Below, piece by piece: positions 37,280-47,904 of a DNA stretch of 64,000 bases; the first letter of the stretch is position 1; every line of letters starts with the position of its first letter. The stretch lies in sequence record DRR378314_2799; one strand, 5' to 3'. A program made the translations under genes and the position numbers. Below the pieces are notes generated by a model. It worked only from the letters and a program-made list of their open reading frames with translations, ran no database searches and was not told where the DNA came from.

Positions 37280-38974
37280 CTAGAAAAGGCCAACAATTTG
37301 TCCTGTCTCATCGACGCCAATTTTATCGGCAGCAGGGACTCTCGGCAGTCCTGGCATGGTCATAATATCGCCGCAGACAACGACAATGAACTCAGCACCA
37401 CCAGATACCCGAACTTCGCGGATTTGCAGGGTATGATCTGTGGGCGCGCCCTTTAATGCCGGGTCAGTGGAGAAGCTGTATTGGGTTTTGGCAATGCACA
37501 CCGGGAAGTGACCAAATCCGTTTTCTTCCATTTCTTTGATTTGGGCCATGACCTTTTGATCAGCAACAATATCAGACGCGCGGTAAAGTTTTGTGGCCAC
37601 AGCCTTGATTTTATCCAAAAGTGGCATTTCATCTGGATAGATCAGTGAAATGGGCTTTGCCGGCTCGTCTAATTGATCGGCAACGACCATAGCCAGTTCT
37701 TCGGCGCCAGCACCACCATTTCCCCAGTGATCGGACATAACCGCCCGCACGCCAAGATCCGCGCAAATATCCTGAAGCGCCTGAATTTCAGCATCCGAGT
37801 CGGAAGAGAATTTGTTGACGGCAACGAGTACGGGCAGATTATATTGTCTCAGGTTTTCGATATGCCGGATCAGATTTAGGGCGCCTTTCTCAACGGCTGG
37901 GACATCTTCGGCGCTCAAATTTTCCTTGGGAATGCCGCCATGCATTTTCAGCGCGCGGATGGTCGCAACCACCACGGCAACCTCAGGATTGAGGCCCGCT
38001 TTCCGGCATTTGATGTCGAGGAATTTTTCCGCGCCCAAATCTGCCCCAAAGCCAGCTTCGGTTACCACATAATCGGCTAGTTTGAGCGCTGTTTTTGTCG
38101 CCAGGACTGAATTGCAGCCATGGGCGATGTTCGCAAAAGGTCCCCCATGAATAAAGGCCGGGTTATTTTCCAAAGTTTGAACCAAGTTGGGTTGGAACGC
38201 ATCTTTCAAAAGAGCGGTCATGGCACCGTGAGCATTCAGGTCCCGAGCTGATATGGGTTTTTTCTCTCGCGTGTAGCCGACAATAATATTGCCAAGCCGG
38301 TCCTCCAGATCTTTCAGGTCCATGGCCAGGCAGAAAATTGCCATCACTTCGGACGCTACCGTAATATCGAAATGATCTTCCCGCGGGAAACCATTGGATA
38401 CGCCGCCCATGGAATTAACAATATACCGAAGGGCACGGTCGTTCATGTCAACGACCCGACGCCAACTGATCCGCCGTTCATCAAGACCAAGGGAATTGCC
38501 CCAGTAAATATGATTATCAATCATCGCGGCGAGAAGATTATTGGCGACCCCAATCGCATGAAAATCGCCGGTGAAATGCAGATTGATGTCGGTCATCGGG
38601 ACAACCTGGGCATAACCGCCGCCCGCTGCACCACCTTTCATTCCAAAGCATGGACCGAGGGAGGGTTCCCGCAGACAGATCATGGTCTTTTTGCCGATCC
38701 GGTTCAGTGCATCGCCAAGTCCAACAGTGGTTGTGGTTTTACCTTCGCCGGCAGGCGTAGGTGTCATGGCTGTGACCAAAATCAGTTTACCATCAGGGCG
38801 ATCTTGAAGCTGGTTGACATAATCCAGCGAGATTTTAGCTTTGTAGTGACCATAAGGTTCCAGATTTTCGGCATCAATCCCAAGACGATTTTCCGCGATC
38901 TTCAGGATTTTTTCCATTTTTGCAGCATTGGCGATATCAATATCGCTTTTTGGATCAGTATGTTGATTGCTCAT
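37280..38974 (-). CDS. fhs: Formate-tetrahydrofolate ligase
   Basis: [55 protein letters not shown]. Confidence 0.97.
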   Translation of the reverse strand: MSNQHTDPKSDIDIANAAKMEKILKIAENRLGIDAENLEPYGHYKAKISLDYVNQLQDRPDGKLILVTAMTPTPAGEGKTTTTVGLGDALNRIGKKTMICLREPSLGPCFGMKGGAAGGGYAQVVPMTDINLHFTGDFHAIGVANNLLAAMIDNHIYWGNSLGLDERRISWRRVVDMNDRALRYIVNSMGGVSNGFPREDHFDITVASEVMAIFCLAMDLKDLEDRLGNIIVGYTREKKPISARDLNAHGAMTALLKDAFQPNLVQTLENNPAFIHGGPFANIAHGCNSVLATKTALKLADYVVTEAGFGADLGAEKFLDIKCRKAGLNPEVAVVVATIRALKMHGGIPKENLSAEDVPAVEKGALNLIRHIENLRQYNLPVLVAVNKFSSDSDAEIQALQDICADLGVRAVMSDHWGNGGAGAEELAMVVADQLDEPAKPISLIYPDEMPLLDKIKAVATKLYRASDIVADQKVMAQIKEMEENGFGHFPVCIAKTQYSFSTDPALKGAPTDHTLQIREVRVSGGAEFIVVVCGDIMTMPGLPRVPAADKIGVDETGQIVGLF

Positions 38975-39261
38975 GTCTCTGGCCTCGTTGATTGCCCTGA
39001 ATTTTTTTCGACCGGGTTCACTAGCCGAAGAGTAATTTACATATTTTGGGTGTATGAAGCCTCTGGCGGCTATTCGCGAAGCGACACTAATTCTTCTGGC
39101 ACCACTTTCTCAAGAAGATTTTTCGGCTAACAATCTTTGAATGTCGTTTTTACTTCAATAGGTGACTGCTTCGGACTTAAACTGCTGATCGCTCCATGGC
39201 AGTCTGCACCAAAGCATGATAGGTTGCCAATTAGAAACAGGATACCACCGAGAAGGGGCCG

Positions 39262-40512
39262 ATGAGTAAATATTCCATCTTCACAATTGCCCGAAATGCC
39301 CTCAGCCATCATAGAAACTGGCCACGGCAATGGCGTAGCCCTGAGCCGCAAAAAGAATATGACATTATAATTGTTGGCGGTGGCGGACATGGGTTGGCAA
39401 CGGCCTATTATCTGGCGAAAGAGCATGGGCTAAGCAATGTCGCAGTGCTGGAGAAAGGCTGGTTGGGCGGGGGCAATACAGCCCGGAACACAACTATTGT
39501 TCGTTCCAACTACCTATGGGATGAAAGTGCCGCAATTTACGAAAAATCATTACAGCTCTGGGAAGGATTGTCTCAAGATATCAATTATAATGTGATGCTG
39601 AGCCAGCGGGGTGTCATGAACCTTGCCCATAGCCTGGCGGATATCCGTGAAGGAAACCGGCGGGTAAATGCTAACCGGTTAAATGGAGTCGATGCTGAGT
39701 GGCTGGATGCGGAACAGGTGAAGGAATTCTGTCCGATCATCAATATTTCCAAAAAAGCAAGGCATCCGGTTCTGGGCGCGACCTTGCAGCGACGGGGCGG
39801 GGTCGCCCGACATGACAGTGTCGCCTGGGGATTTGCCCGGGCCGCAGATGCGCGCGGCGTTGATATCATTCAAAATTGTGAAGTCACCGGCATTCGCCGG
39901 GAAGGCTCCAAAGTCCTCGGCGTTGAAACTACAAAAGGCTTTATTGGCGCCAAAAAAGTAGGTTTGGTTGCCGCAGGCCACAGTTCCACACTTGCCGCAA
40001 TGGCCGATGTTCGCCTCCCTATTGACAGTCATCCCTTGCAGGCGTTGGTCTCTGAACCCATAAAGCCGGTTATTGATTGTGTTGTGATGTCAGGGGCTGT
40101 TCATGTTTATGTCAGTCAGTCTGATAAAGGGGAGTTGGTGATGGGCGCGGGGATTGATGCCTTTAATTCCTATGGTCAGCGCGGAAGTTTTCAGGTGATT
40201 GAACATCAACTGGGGGCTTGTCTTGAGCTGTTCCCAATCTTTAGTCGGGTTCGCATGATGCGCAGCTGGGGCGGTATTGTGGATACCTGTCCGGATGCAT
40301 CCCCCATTATTGGAAAAACGCCCGTGGATGGTCTTTATATAAATGCTGGATGGGGAACTGGCGGGTTTAAAGCAACGCCCGGTTCAGGCTGGTGTTTTGC
40401 CCACACTCTTGCAACTGAGTCTCCGCATCCCCTGAACGCTCCGTTTAGTCTGGAGCGCTTTACGACCGGGGCATTAATCGATGAACATGGCGCTGCAGGC
40501 GTCGCGCATTAA
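39262..40512 (+). CDS. soxB: Sarcosine oxidase beta subunit
   Basis: [47 protein letters not shown]. Confidence 0.96.
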   Translation: MSKYSIFTIARNALSHHRNWPRQWRSPEPQKEYDIIIVGGGGHGLATAYYLAKEHGLSNVAVLEKGWLGGGNTARNTTIVRSNYLWDESAAIYEKSLQLWEGLSQDINYNVMLSQRGVMNLAHSLADIREGNRRVNANRLNGVDAEWLDAEQVKEFCPIINISKKARHPVLGATLQRRGGVARHDSVAWGFARAADARGVDIIQNCEVTGIRREGSKVLGVETTKGFIGAKKVGLVAAGHSSTLAAMADVRLPIDSHPLQALVSEPIKPVIDCVVMSGAVHVYVSQSDKGELVMGAGIDAFNSYGQRGSFQVIEHQLGACLELFPIFSRVRMMRSWGGIVDTCPDASPIIGKTPVDGLYINAGWGTGGFKATPGSGWCFAHTLATESPHPLNAPFSLERFTTGALIDEHGAAGVAH

Positions 40513-40524
40513 TAGGAGGCTTTG

Positions 40525-40821
40525 ATGTTACTTATCCCTTGCCCCTGGTGTGGCGATCGGCATGAAACAGAATTTCGCTATGGTGGTGAAGCGCATATTG
40601 CGCGCCCGGAAAAGCCCGCAGATTTATCGGATACGGAATGGGGGGAATTTCTGTTTATGCGGACCAACACAAAAGGCGTGTTTGCTGAGCGCTGGTGCCA
40701 CACGCACGGATGCCGGCAATGGTTTAATGTGCTTCGCCATACGGTGAGCCATGAAATTCTGGCTGTCTATAAGATGGGGGAGAAGCGCCCTGATCTGACA
40801 GAGCGGGAGGTAGGCTCATGA
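40525..40821 (+). CDS. soxD: Sarcosine oxidase delta subunit
   Basis: IPCPWCG.R.E.EF..GGEAHI.RP, W.H.HGC; AGGAGG RBS. Confidence 0.96.
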   Translation: MLLIPCPWCGDRHETEFRYGGEAHIARPEKPADLSDTEWGEFLFMRTNTKGVFAERWCHTHGCRQWFNVLRHTVSHEILAVYKMGEKRPDLTEREVGS

Positions 40822-43800
40822 TCGGGGATTATCGCCTCAAACAAGGGACTTCCCTTAGTCATGACAAGACACTTTCCTTCACCTTTAACGGGGTAAGATA
40901 TCAAGGGGTTGAAGGGGACACCTTGGCCTCGGCCCTGATGGCGAACGGTGTGCATTTTATCGGTCGAAGTTTTAAATATCATCGTCCACGCGGCATCGTC
41001 GCGGCCGGTGCAGAGGATCCAGGCGCCTTAGTTCAATTGGAAGAGGGAAGTCATACCCAGCCCAACCTTAGAGCAACGCAGGTTGAACTTTATGAAGGAC
41101 TTAAAGCAAGTAGCGTAAATGTCTGGCCCAGCTTGGAAAATGATATCAGTGCGATCAACGGTCATTTCGCCAAAATTATGACAGCTGGATTTTATAACAA
41201 GACTTTCATGTGGCCCAGATCGTTTTGGATGAAGCTATACGAGCCTGTAATTCGGCGTGCAGCTGGTTGGGGAAAAGCCCCGACAGGCAGTGATCCTGAC
41301 ATTTATGATCAAATGCATGATCATCCTGATGTTCTGGTGATTGGTGCCGGCCCAGCAGGTTTGATGGCGGCGCTAACCGCGGCAAAAGCGGGTGCAAGGG
41401 TTGTCTTGGTTGATGAGAACCCGGCGGCAGGCGGCAGTTTGCGCAATCTGGACAGAAAGATTGATGGGAGGCCTTCCGCTGAGTGGATTGACGATATGGT
41501 GAAGGCGTTAGAAGCGCACCCAGAAGTCAAGATCCTCACGCGGACCACTTTGTTTGGGTATTATGATCATAACTACTTGGTTGCTGTTGAGCAGAAAACA
41601 GATCATCTCCCAGTGTCAGAGCGGGCAGGCAAGCCCCGTCAGCGCGTGTGGCACTTTCGGGCAAAAGAGGTGGTTTTGGCAACCGGTGCCCATGAACGCC
41701 CTTTGGTGTTCGCGGATAATGACAGACCCGGTATCATGTTGTCTGGCAGTGTCCAGGCTTATATAAAACGCTACGATGTGTTGCCGGGGCGAAAGGCCGT
41801 CCTGTTTACCAATAATGACAGCGCTTATGAGACGGCCTGCCAGTTGAAAGAAGCCGGGGCCCAGTCGGTGAGCATTGTTGATGTTCGCCGGTCAGCAAAT
41901 AGTGATTTAATCACAAAAGCGCGAGAGGCTGGTGTTGAGATCCTTGAAGGGTCTGCCATTGTTGCCACCCGTGGGAAAAAGCGGGTTTCCTCCGTAACCG
42001 TTCAGGCTTTTGATGTTGAAACCGGGGTGCTTTCCGGCTCGACCCGTGAGTTGTCATGTGATTTGGTCGCTATGTCTGGTGGCTGGAGCCCGGTTGTCCA
42101 TCTTTTCAGTCAGTCTCAAGGCAAATTGACTTATGATCCTGATCGCCTGTGTTTTGTTCCGCAAAAAACTGTTCAAAAACAGCATTTAGCAGGATCTTGT
42201 GCTGGCGATTTCTCAACATCTGAATGTATCGCCAATGGCTATCATGCGGCGCGCGCTGCAGTTGTTGAGGCTGGGTTCACTGTTGACGAAATTCACGATA
42301 GTCCCGCTGTGGAGGAACCAGCGACTTCAAGTGGTGTCGCTTGTTGGCTGGTACCCGGAAAAACAGAAGTTGGGGTCGGCAAGGCTAAGCATTTTGTCGA
42401 TTTTCAAAATGACACGGCTGCATCGGATATCTATCTGGCCATTCGGGAAGGCTTTGAAAGTTCTGAACATGTGAAAAGATACACATTGACAGGCTTTGGA
42501 ACGGATCAGGGAAAAACTTCTAATATCAATGCCTTGGGCATAATATCTAAAATCCTGAATAAACCGCTTGGGGATATCGGAACAACAACATTTCGCCCGC
42601 CCTATACACCAGTTGCTTATGGGGCTTTGGCAGGGCGCAATTTGAAACACTGGTCAGATCCCGTCCGGGTTACGGCTATTCACGACTGGCACGTGAAAGC
42701 AGGCGCCTTATTTGAAAATGTCGGACAGTGGCATCGTCCCTGGTATTACCCCCAAGCGGGTGAGAGTATGCAGGCGTCCCTCAACCGGGAATGTCTGGCG
42801 GTACGGACGGGCGTCGGGGTACTGGATGCATCGACCCTTGGCAAAATTGATATCAAGGGACCTGATGCCGCTGAATTTCTAAACCGTGTGTATACAAATG
42901 GCTGGTCGAAACTTGGCGTTGGCCGTGTCCGCTATGGGCTGATGTGCCATGAAGACGGTATGGTCTTCGATGATGGTACAACAGCGCGTCTAGCAGATGA
43001 CCATTTTGTGATGACAACAACCACTGGCAACGCGGCGGTTGTCTTGGATTGGCTGGAAGAATATCTACAGACGGAATGGCCTGAGTTGAATGTGTATTGC
43101 ACATCTGTCACTGAACAATGGTCAACAGTTTCAATTGCGGGACCCAAGGCGCGAAAATTATTGAAGAAATTAACGCCTGATCTTGATCTATCTCCCGATG
43201 GCTTTCCGTTTATGTCGTTTAAGGAAGCCGCGATTGACGGAACTCCGGCCCGGATTTTTCGGATCAGTTTTACCGGTGAACTCTCTTATGAGATCAATGT
43301 TCCATGGCATGCTGGCCGGAAAATGTGGGATCTGGTCATGTCCGCCGGGAAAGAGTACGGCATAACTCCATACGGTACCGAGAGCATGCATATATTGCGC
43401 GCAGAAAAGGGATTTATCATCGTCGGGCAGGAAACGGATATGACAATGACCCCATATGATTTAGGAATGTCATGGATTGTCTCCAAACTGAAAGATGATT
43501 TCATTGGCAAGCGCTCCTTCACACGCTCAGATACGGCCCGGTCAGATCGCAAACAATTGGTCGGTTTGCTGACTGAAAACCCGAATGAAGTTCTGCCTGA
43601 GGGTGCGCAGCTTGTTTTTGATCCTTACGTGCCCCAGCCAATGCCGATGGTCGGTCATGTAACCTCCAGTTACTATAGCGCGGCACTGGAACGCTCAATT
43701 GCGTTGGCGGTTGTTAAGGGTGGTCATGAAAAGGAAGGTGACTTGGTGTTTGCACCCCTAAAAAATACCACAATAGCCGCGAAAATCGTGTCGCCAGTAT

Positions 43801-43841
43801 TCTACGATCCTGAAGGAGAAAAGCTTGATGGCGAGATTTGA
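40818..43841 (+). CDS. soxA: Sarcosine oxidase alpha subunit
   Basis: GDTLASAL, RSFKYHRPRG, DFQND, EHVKRYT, TTFRPPY, GcvT-like C-terminus. Confidence 0.96.
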   Translation: MIGDYRLKQGTSLSHDKTLSFTFNGVRYQGVEGDTLASALMANGVHFIGRSFKYHRPRGIVAAGAEDPGALVQLEEGSHTQPNLRATQVELYEGLKASSVNVWPSLENDISAINGHFAKIMTAGFYNKTFMWPRSFWMKLYEPVIRRAAGWGKAPTGSDPDIYDQMHDHPDVLVIGAGPAGLMAALTAAKAGARVVLVDENPAAGGSLRNLDRKIDGRPSAEWIDDMVKALEAHPEVKILTRTTLFGYYDHNYLVAVEQKTDHLPVSERAGKPRQRVWHFRAKEVVLATGAHERPLVFADNDRPGIMLSGSVQAYIKRYDVLPGRKAVLFTNNDSAYETACQLKEAGAQSVSIVDVRRSANSDLITKAREAGVEILEGSAIVATRGKKRVSSVTVQAFDVETGVLSGSTRELSCDLVAMSGGWSPVVHLFSQSQGKLTYDPDRLCFVPQKTVQKQHLAGSCAGDFSTSECIANGYHAARAAVVEAGFTVDEIHDSPAVEEPATSSGVACWLVPGKTEVGVGKAKHFVDFQNDTAASDIYLAIREGFESSEHVKRYTLTGFGTDQGKTSNINALGIISKILNKPLGDIGTTTFRPPYTPVAYGALAGRNLKHWSDPVRVTAIHDWHVKAGALFENVGQWHRPWYYPQAGESMQASLNRECLAVRTGVGVLDASTLGKIDIKGPDAAEFLNRVYTNGWSKLGVGRVRYGLMCHEDGMVFDDGTTARLADDHFVMTTTTGNAAVVLDWLEEYLQTEWPELNVYCTSVTEQWSTVSIAGPKARKLLKKLTPDLDLSPDGFPFMSFKEAAIDGTPARIFRISFTGELSYEINVPWHAGRKMWDLVMSAGKEYGITPYGTESMHILRAEKGFIIVGQETDMTMTPYDLGMSWIVSKLKDDFIGKRSFTRSDTARSDRKQLVGLLTENPNEVLPEGAQLVFDPYVPQPMPMVGHVTSSYYSAALERSIALAVVKGGHEKEGDLVFAPLKNTTIAAKIVSPVFYDPEGEKLDGEI

Positions 43842-44391
43842 ACATTGGACCTCTCCCTTAGGGGCACTTGCAAAGAAGTTGCCTAAGAACCTGAAAAATT
43901 TAGCGTTTCAGGATCAATGGAATGTTCGCTGTAGTCCCGACACAGCATTTTTTTCAAAAATCGGCAAAGCACTGATTGGTGAAGATTTACCGCAGCAACC
44001 CAATCGGGTTCTTATGGGAAAAGAGGGGAGCAAAGCCATCTGGTTGTCCCCGGATGAATGGCTGATTGTCAGTCACAGAAGTTTGCAAGAAAAGGTCGAT
44101 AAGTTATTGAATTTTAAGACGGATGATGTGTTTTCAATAACTGATGTGAGTGCCAACCGTGTGGTTTTGGAGTTGAGCGGTGAGCATTGTCGGCAGATCT
44201 TAGCCAAAAGTTCAGAACTTGATTTTCATGATCGGAATTTCGGAATTGGAAACTCCGCGCAGACTTTACTGGCAAAGGCACCGGCTCTGATCGAACGGGT
44301 CGATACAGATTGTTACCACCTTTATGTTCGGAACTCGTATTCCCGGTATGCGGCGGAATGGCTGATTGATGCCATGGCGGAGTTTAGCTGA
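43828..44391 (+). CDS. soxG: Sarcosine oxidase gamma subunit
   Basis: WLSPDEWL, DVS, AQT.LAK, R.S...Y..EWL.DA; position after soxA. Confidence 0.9.
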   Translation: MARFEHWTSPLGALAKKLPKNLKNLAFQDQWNVRCSPDTAFFSKIGKALIGEDLPQQPNRVLMGKEGSKAIWLSPDEWLIVSHRSLQEKVDKLLNFKTDDVFSITDVSANRVVLELSGEHCRQILAKSSELDFHDRNFGIGNSAQTLLAKAPALIERVDTDCYHLYVRNSYSRYAAEWLIDAMAEFS

Positions 44392-44394
44392 ACG

Positions 44395-45669
44395 CTAAAT
44401 GGCCATGGCAGGGCTTGCCGGGCGATCTCTGGATTTGAGCAAAATAAAGGTCATGATACCGATATTGAGAAAATTCCAGGCAACGCCATTGAGGAATGCG
44501 GCATCGTAAGAGCGGGTCAGGTCGAAAATCAAACCTGATAGCCATCCTCCAAAAGCCATCCCCACAACAGTCGCAAAAATGATTAACCCAATTCGTTGTC
44601 CGGTTTGCTCAATCGGCAGGTATTCGCGGACAATAATGGCGTAGGAGGGAACTATCCCCCCTTGCGAAAGCCCAAAGACCAGAGAGACAACATAGAGCGA
44701 CACCAGGCCGTCAAACGGCATATAAAGAAACAGGGCGATACATTGCAGGACTGATCCCAGCAACAGGGTTCGAATTCCCCCTATATAATCCGCCAAGAGC
44801 CCAGAACATAATCGGCTGAGAATACCGCCTGCCAGCATAAGTGAGAGCATTTCCGCGCCGCGGGCAATTCCAAAGCCAAGATCCGCGCAATAGGCAACGA
44901 TATGAACCTGCGGCATGGACATGGCGACACAGCAAGCCACGCCCGCGACAATCAGTAGGAACTGCAGTGTTGCGGGTGATAGGTTGGTGACTTTACGGGG
45001 GCCTTTTGTAACGGGGGTTGCCATTTCTCCCAGGGAGATCGCAACGACTGGACGTTTTTTTCTCAGCAACAAGGCAAGCGGGAGCATGGTGACCAGCAGG
45101 ATAAACGCAATGGTCAGCTGAGCGGTTCTCCATCCTTCTGTTTCAAGGATGTTTTTCAGAAATAGTGGCCATAAGGTCCCAGCAAAATAATTGCCGCTGG
45201 CCGCCGCGGCGATGGCAATGCCCAGGCGTTTGTCAAACCAGTGTGAGATATCGGACATTAATGGACCAAAACAGGCACCAGTTCCCAGGCCGATCAAGAC
45301 ACCCTGAAACAGAGCAAATTGCCAAATATTCTCGACCAGTGTTGTCAGGTAAAACCCGCTGACGAGCAAGGCAATTGAGCCGACCATTGGCAGAAAGATT
45401 CCCATTCGATCCACCAAGCGGCCAACGATCACATTGCCGAGGCCGAAACCGATCATAACAGTTGTATAGGGTAGGGAGGCTGAAGCCCGGTCGGAATTAA
45501 ACTCTTCTTCAATAAGCGGCAGGACAACCACAATCGACCACATGCCCACACTGCCAAGTGTTGCAATCAACGTGCAAACGGCAAGGCGAAACCAGGAGTA
45601 GGAACTGTCGAGAAAAGTCGGATTTTCTCGCGGAGCCGTCTCCGGTCCATTGGCAGAGGGTATGGTCAT
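44395..45669 (-). CDS. MFS transporter
   Basis: About 12 TM, GRLVDRMG, SHWF.KR.G.A, G.LAD.IG. Confidence 0.9.
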   Translation of the reverse strand: MTIPSANGPETAPRENPTFLDSSYSWFRLAVCTLIATLGSVGMWSIVVVLPLIEEEFNSDRASASLPYTTVMIGFGLGNVIVGRLVDRMGIFLPMVGSIALLVSGFYLTTLVENIWQFALFQGVLIGLGTGACFGPLMSDISHWFDKRLGIAIAAAASGNYFAGTLWPLFLKNILETEGWRTAQLTIAFILLVTMLPLALLLRKKRPVVAISLGEMATPVTKGPRKVTNLSPATLQFLLIVAGVACCVAMSMPQVHIVAYCADLGFGIARGAEMLSLMLAGGILSRLCSGLLADYIGGIRTLLLGSVLQCIALFLYMPFDGLVSLYVVSLVFGLSQGGIVPSYAIIVREYLPIEQTGQRIGLIIFATVVGMAFGGWLSGLIFDLTRSYDAAFLNGVAWNFLNIGIMTFILLKSRDRPASPAMAI

Positions 45670-45785
45670 GGGAACTATCCAGGAATGGGGATCACAAAGA
45701 TACGTATACGTGATCTGACCATAGGGCACTGCAGGAGTAGCCGTCAATTCCTCTAATTGGAAAAACAGAAGCGGCGGGATACGAG

Positions 45786-46712
45786 TTAGTCGCTGGTTTC
45801 CCGGTTTAACAACTCAAAATACAGGTGACGGATCTGTTCGGTGATAGGGCCAGCCATTCCTGTTCCGATGAGACGGCCATCAATTTCGCGAACTGGCGTT
45901 TGGGCCCCAAAAGTTCCGGTCAGAAAAGCTTCGTCTGCATCATAGGTATCCACAAGTGAGTAATTACGCTCAAAAACAGGAATTTGGTTTGCACGGCAGA
46001 TCTCTATCACTTTCTTGCGGGTAATGCCGTTCATGCAGTAATCACCGGTTGAGGTCCAGACTTCCCCTTTTTTGACAATAAAGAAGTTACAGCCATTGGT
46101 CGTATTCACAAAACCATGAGGGTCGAGCATCAAGGCCTCATCCGCACCGGCTTTTTGCGCCTGAATACCCGCCAATATGCAGTTTAACTTGGAGTGGGAA
46201 TTAAGTTTTGGATCCTGGGAGGTTGGAAGCCCCCGCACAGTTGGAACGGTGTGCAGCGTAATTCCCTGATCAATAAGTGCAGAGGCCGGTTTGGAATGTT
46301 CCATGATAATGACAATGGTTGGGCCAGATGTACTGAGCCTCGGATCCTGAAAAGGTTTATCCTTGATCCCCCGGGTGACCATGAGCCGCGCATGCACATT
46401 TTCTGTCATGTTATTAGCGGCAGCAGTTTGATTGAGGGCATCCATAAGCCCTGACCTGTCCAGACCCAGATCCATATCTATGGCTTTTGCCGCTCCGAAA
46501 AGCCGATCCAGATGTTCCTTGGCAAATGCCCAATTCCCGTTATACAGGCGAATACCTTCCCATATCCCATCCCCAAGCATAAAGCCGCTATCATAAACAG
46601 AAACAACAGCGTTCTCTTTTGCGACGATGTCACCGTTCACATAAATCTTGAGGTTGTCGTTGCGGCTATCCTGTTCTGCGGTGTGTGTAGAGTGATGATG
46701 TCCGTTGGTCAT
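45786..46712 (-). CDS. Class IV PLP aminotransferase (BCAT/D-amino-acid family)
   Basis: SV.DSGF.LGDG.WEG.R, HSKLN, G.TR, ADEAF.TGT. Confidence 0.9.
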   Translation of the reverse strand: MTNGHHHSTHTAEQDSRNDNLKIYVNGDIVAKENAVVSVYDSGFMLGDGIWEGIRLYNGNWAFAKEHLDRLFGAAKAIDMDLGLDRSGLMDALNQTAAANNMTENVHARLMVTRGIKDKPFQDPRLSTSGPTIVIIMEHSKPASALIDQGITLHTVPTVRGLPTSQDPKLNSHSKLNCILAGIQAQKAGADEALMLDPHGFVNTTNGCNFFIVKKGEVWTSTGDYCMNGITRKKVIEICRANQIPVFERNYSLVDTYDADEAFLTGTFGAQTPVREIDGRLIGTGMAGPITEQIRHLYFELLNRETSD

Positions 46713-47107
46713 TTATCGCCTGTCTTAAGGTTCTAGCTAAAAATTATGAGAGAAAATCTAGCATTAAAATCGAGCCTTATGGAAATGATAACGACGACTG
46801 ATCACTTGCTATTCTACATATATGATTCGAAAGATCTGATGGGGCGTTTGTAATTTTCAAATATTTATCTAAGCAAAATTGATTGAAATCAACCAGAAAA
46901 CGCCAAAAATTTATAATACTAAACACATACATATGCGGATCGGTCTATGCCGAAAAGCGTGGAGTGAAACACCTTAGCCTTCGGATATTCGAAATCATGG
47001 AATATTTGAAAAACTAATGAGACAATCAATGTGGGTTGGGAATAACATTCCATTTTCATAAACATTTAACCATCAGGACTCCTGTCCCTGGATCGGAATG
47101 TAGAACC

Positions 47108-47749
47108 ATGCGTACGCTTATTATTGATAGTTATGAAATTTGTAGAAGTGGTATTCGATGTATTCTTGACGAAACATTCGAAAATTGTGTTGTCTGTGAA
47201 GCTGATAATGTTGACGTGGCTGTAAATTGTTTAACGGGTCATGGTGCTGACCTGATCATCTGGGCGATCACTGACTTGGATGAAAATGAAACACGAAAAA
47301 TACCGTCATTCCTTCAAAATGTTGGAGATGTTCCCGTCATTGCAATTAGTAAAACTCATAGTCGGGTCCTCAGAGAGTATCTAAAATACCCCCAATTCAA
47401 AGGCATCATTAATCGGAATGATAAACGGGAAATTGTTGTTGCTGCTATTCGACTTGTCCTGGCTGGTGGTCAGTATTTTCCGCCTGAAATGTACGCCCCA
47501 GCAACGTTTGAGCCGGATCTTCAGGGGGTTGGCGATCCGTCCGGTTACAGTAATTTAGGACGGCTAACCCGCCGGCAACGGGAGGTTTTGAAAGCCATCT
47601 CACAAGGGAAATCAAACAAATCTATTGCTGAAGAATTGGGAATTTCGCCAGGAACAGTGAAAGTCCATGTATCTAATTTGATGAAAGACTTGAACGCGAA
47701 GAATAGAACCCAAGCGGTTGCGATTGCCAACAATCTTGAAATGCTGTGA
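47108..47749 (+). CDS. NarL/LuxR response regulator with atypical receiver
   Basis: LTRRQREVL..I.QG.SNK.IA.ELGIS.GTVK.HV HTH; receiver lacks the phospho-Asp. Confidence 0.88.
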   Translation: MRTLIIDSYEICRSGIRCILDETFENCVVCEADNVDVAVNCLTGHGADLIIWAITDLDENETRKIPSFLQNVGDVPVIAISKTHSRVLREYLKYPQFKGIINRNDKREIVVAAIRLVLAGGQYFPPEMYAPATFEPDLQGVGDPSGYSNLGRLTRRQREVLKAISQGKSNKSIAEELGISPGTVKVHVSNLMKDLNAKNRTQAVAIANNLEML

Positions 47750-47904
47750 TTTTAGGCTGGAAGTCTGGATATTAGTTGGGGTCATTACGCCCAAGTATAT
47801 GGAAAATAGGTAGAGATTCTTTACTTTTCCGTTATATCATCTCTAAGGTAGAAATCTTGCAAAAGATGCTTCAATTTTAGTGGTGCGTTAATATTGGAAA
47901 CGGG

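Noticed and set aside
38372-39130. 252-aa plus-strand ORF
   Set aside because: Antisense shadow of the highly conserved fhs
39262-44391. sox genes as sulfur oxidation
   Set aside because: Motifs are those of heterotetrameric sarcosine oxidase
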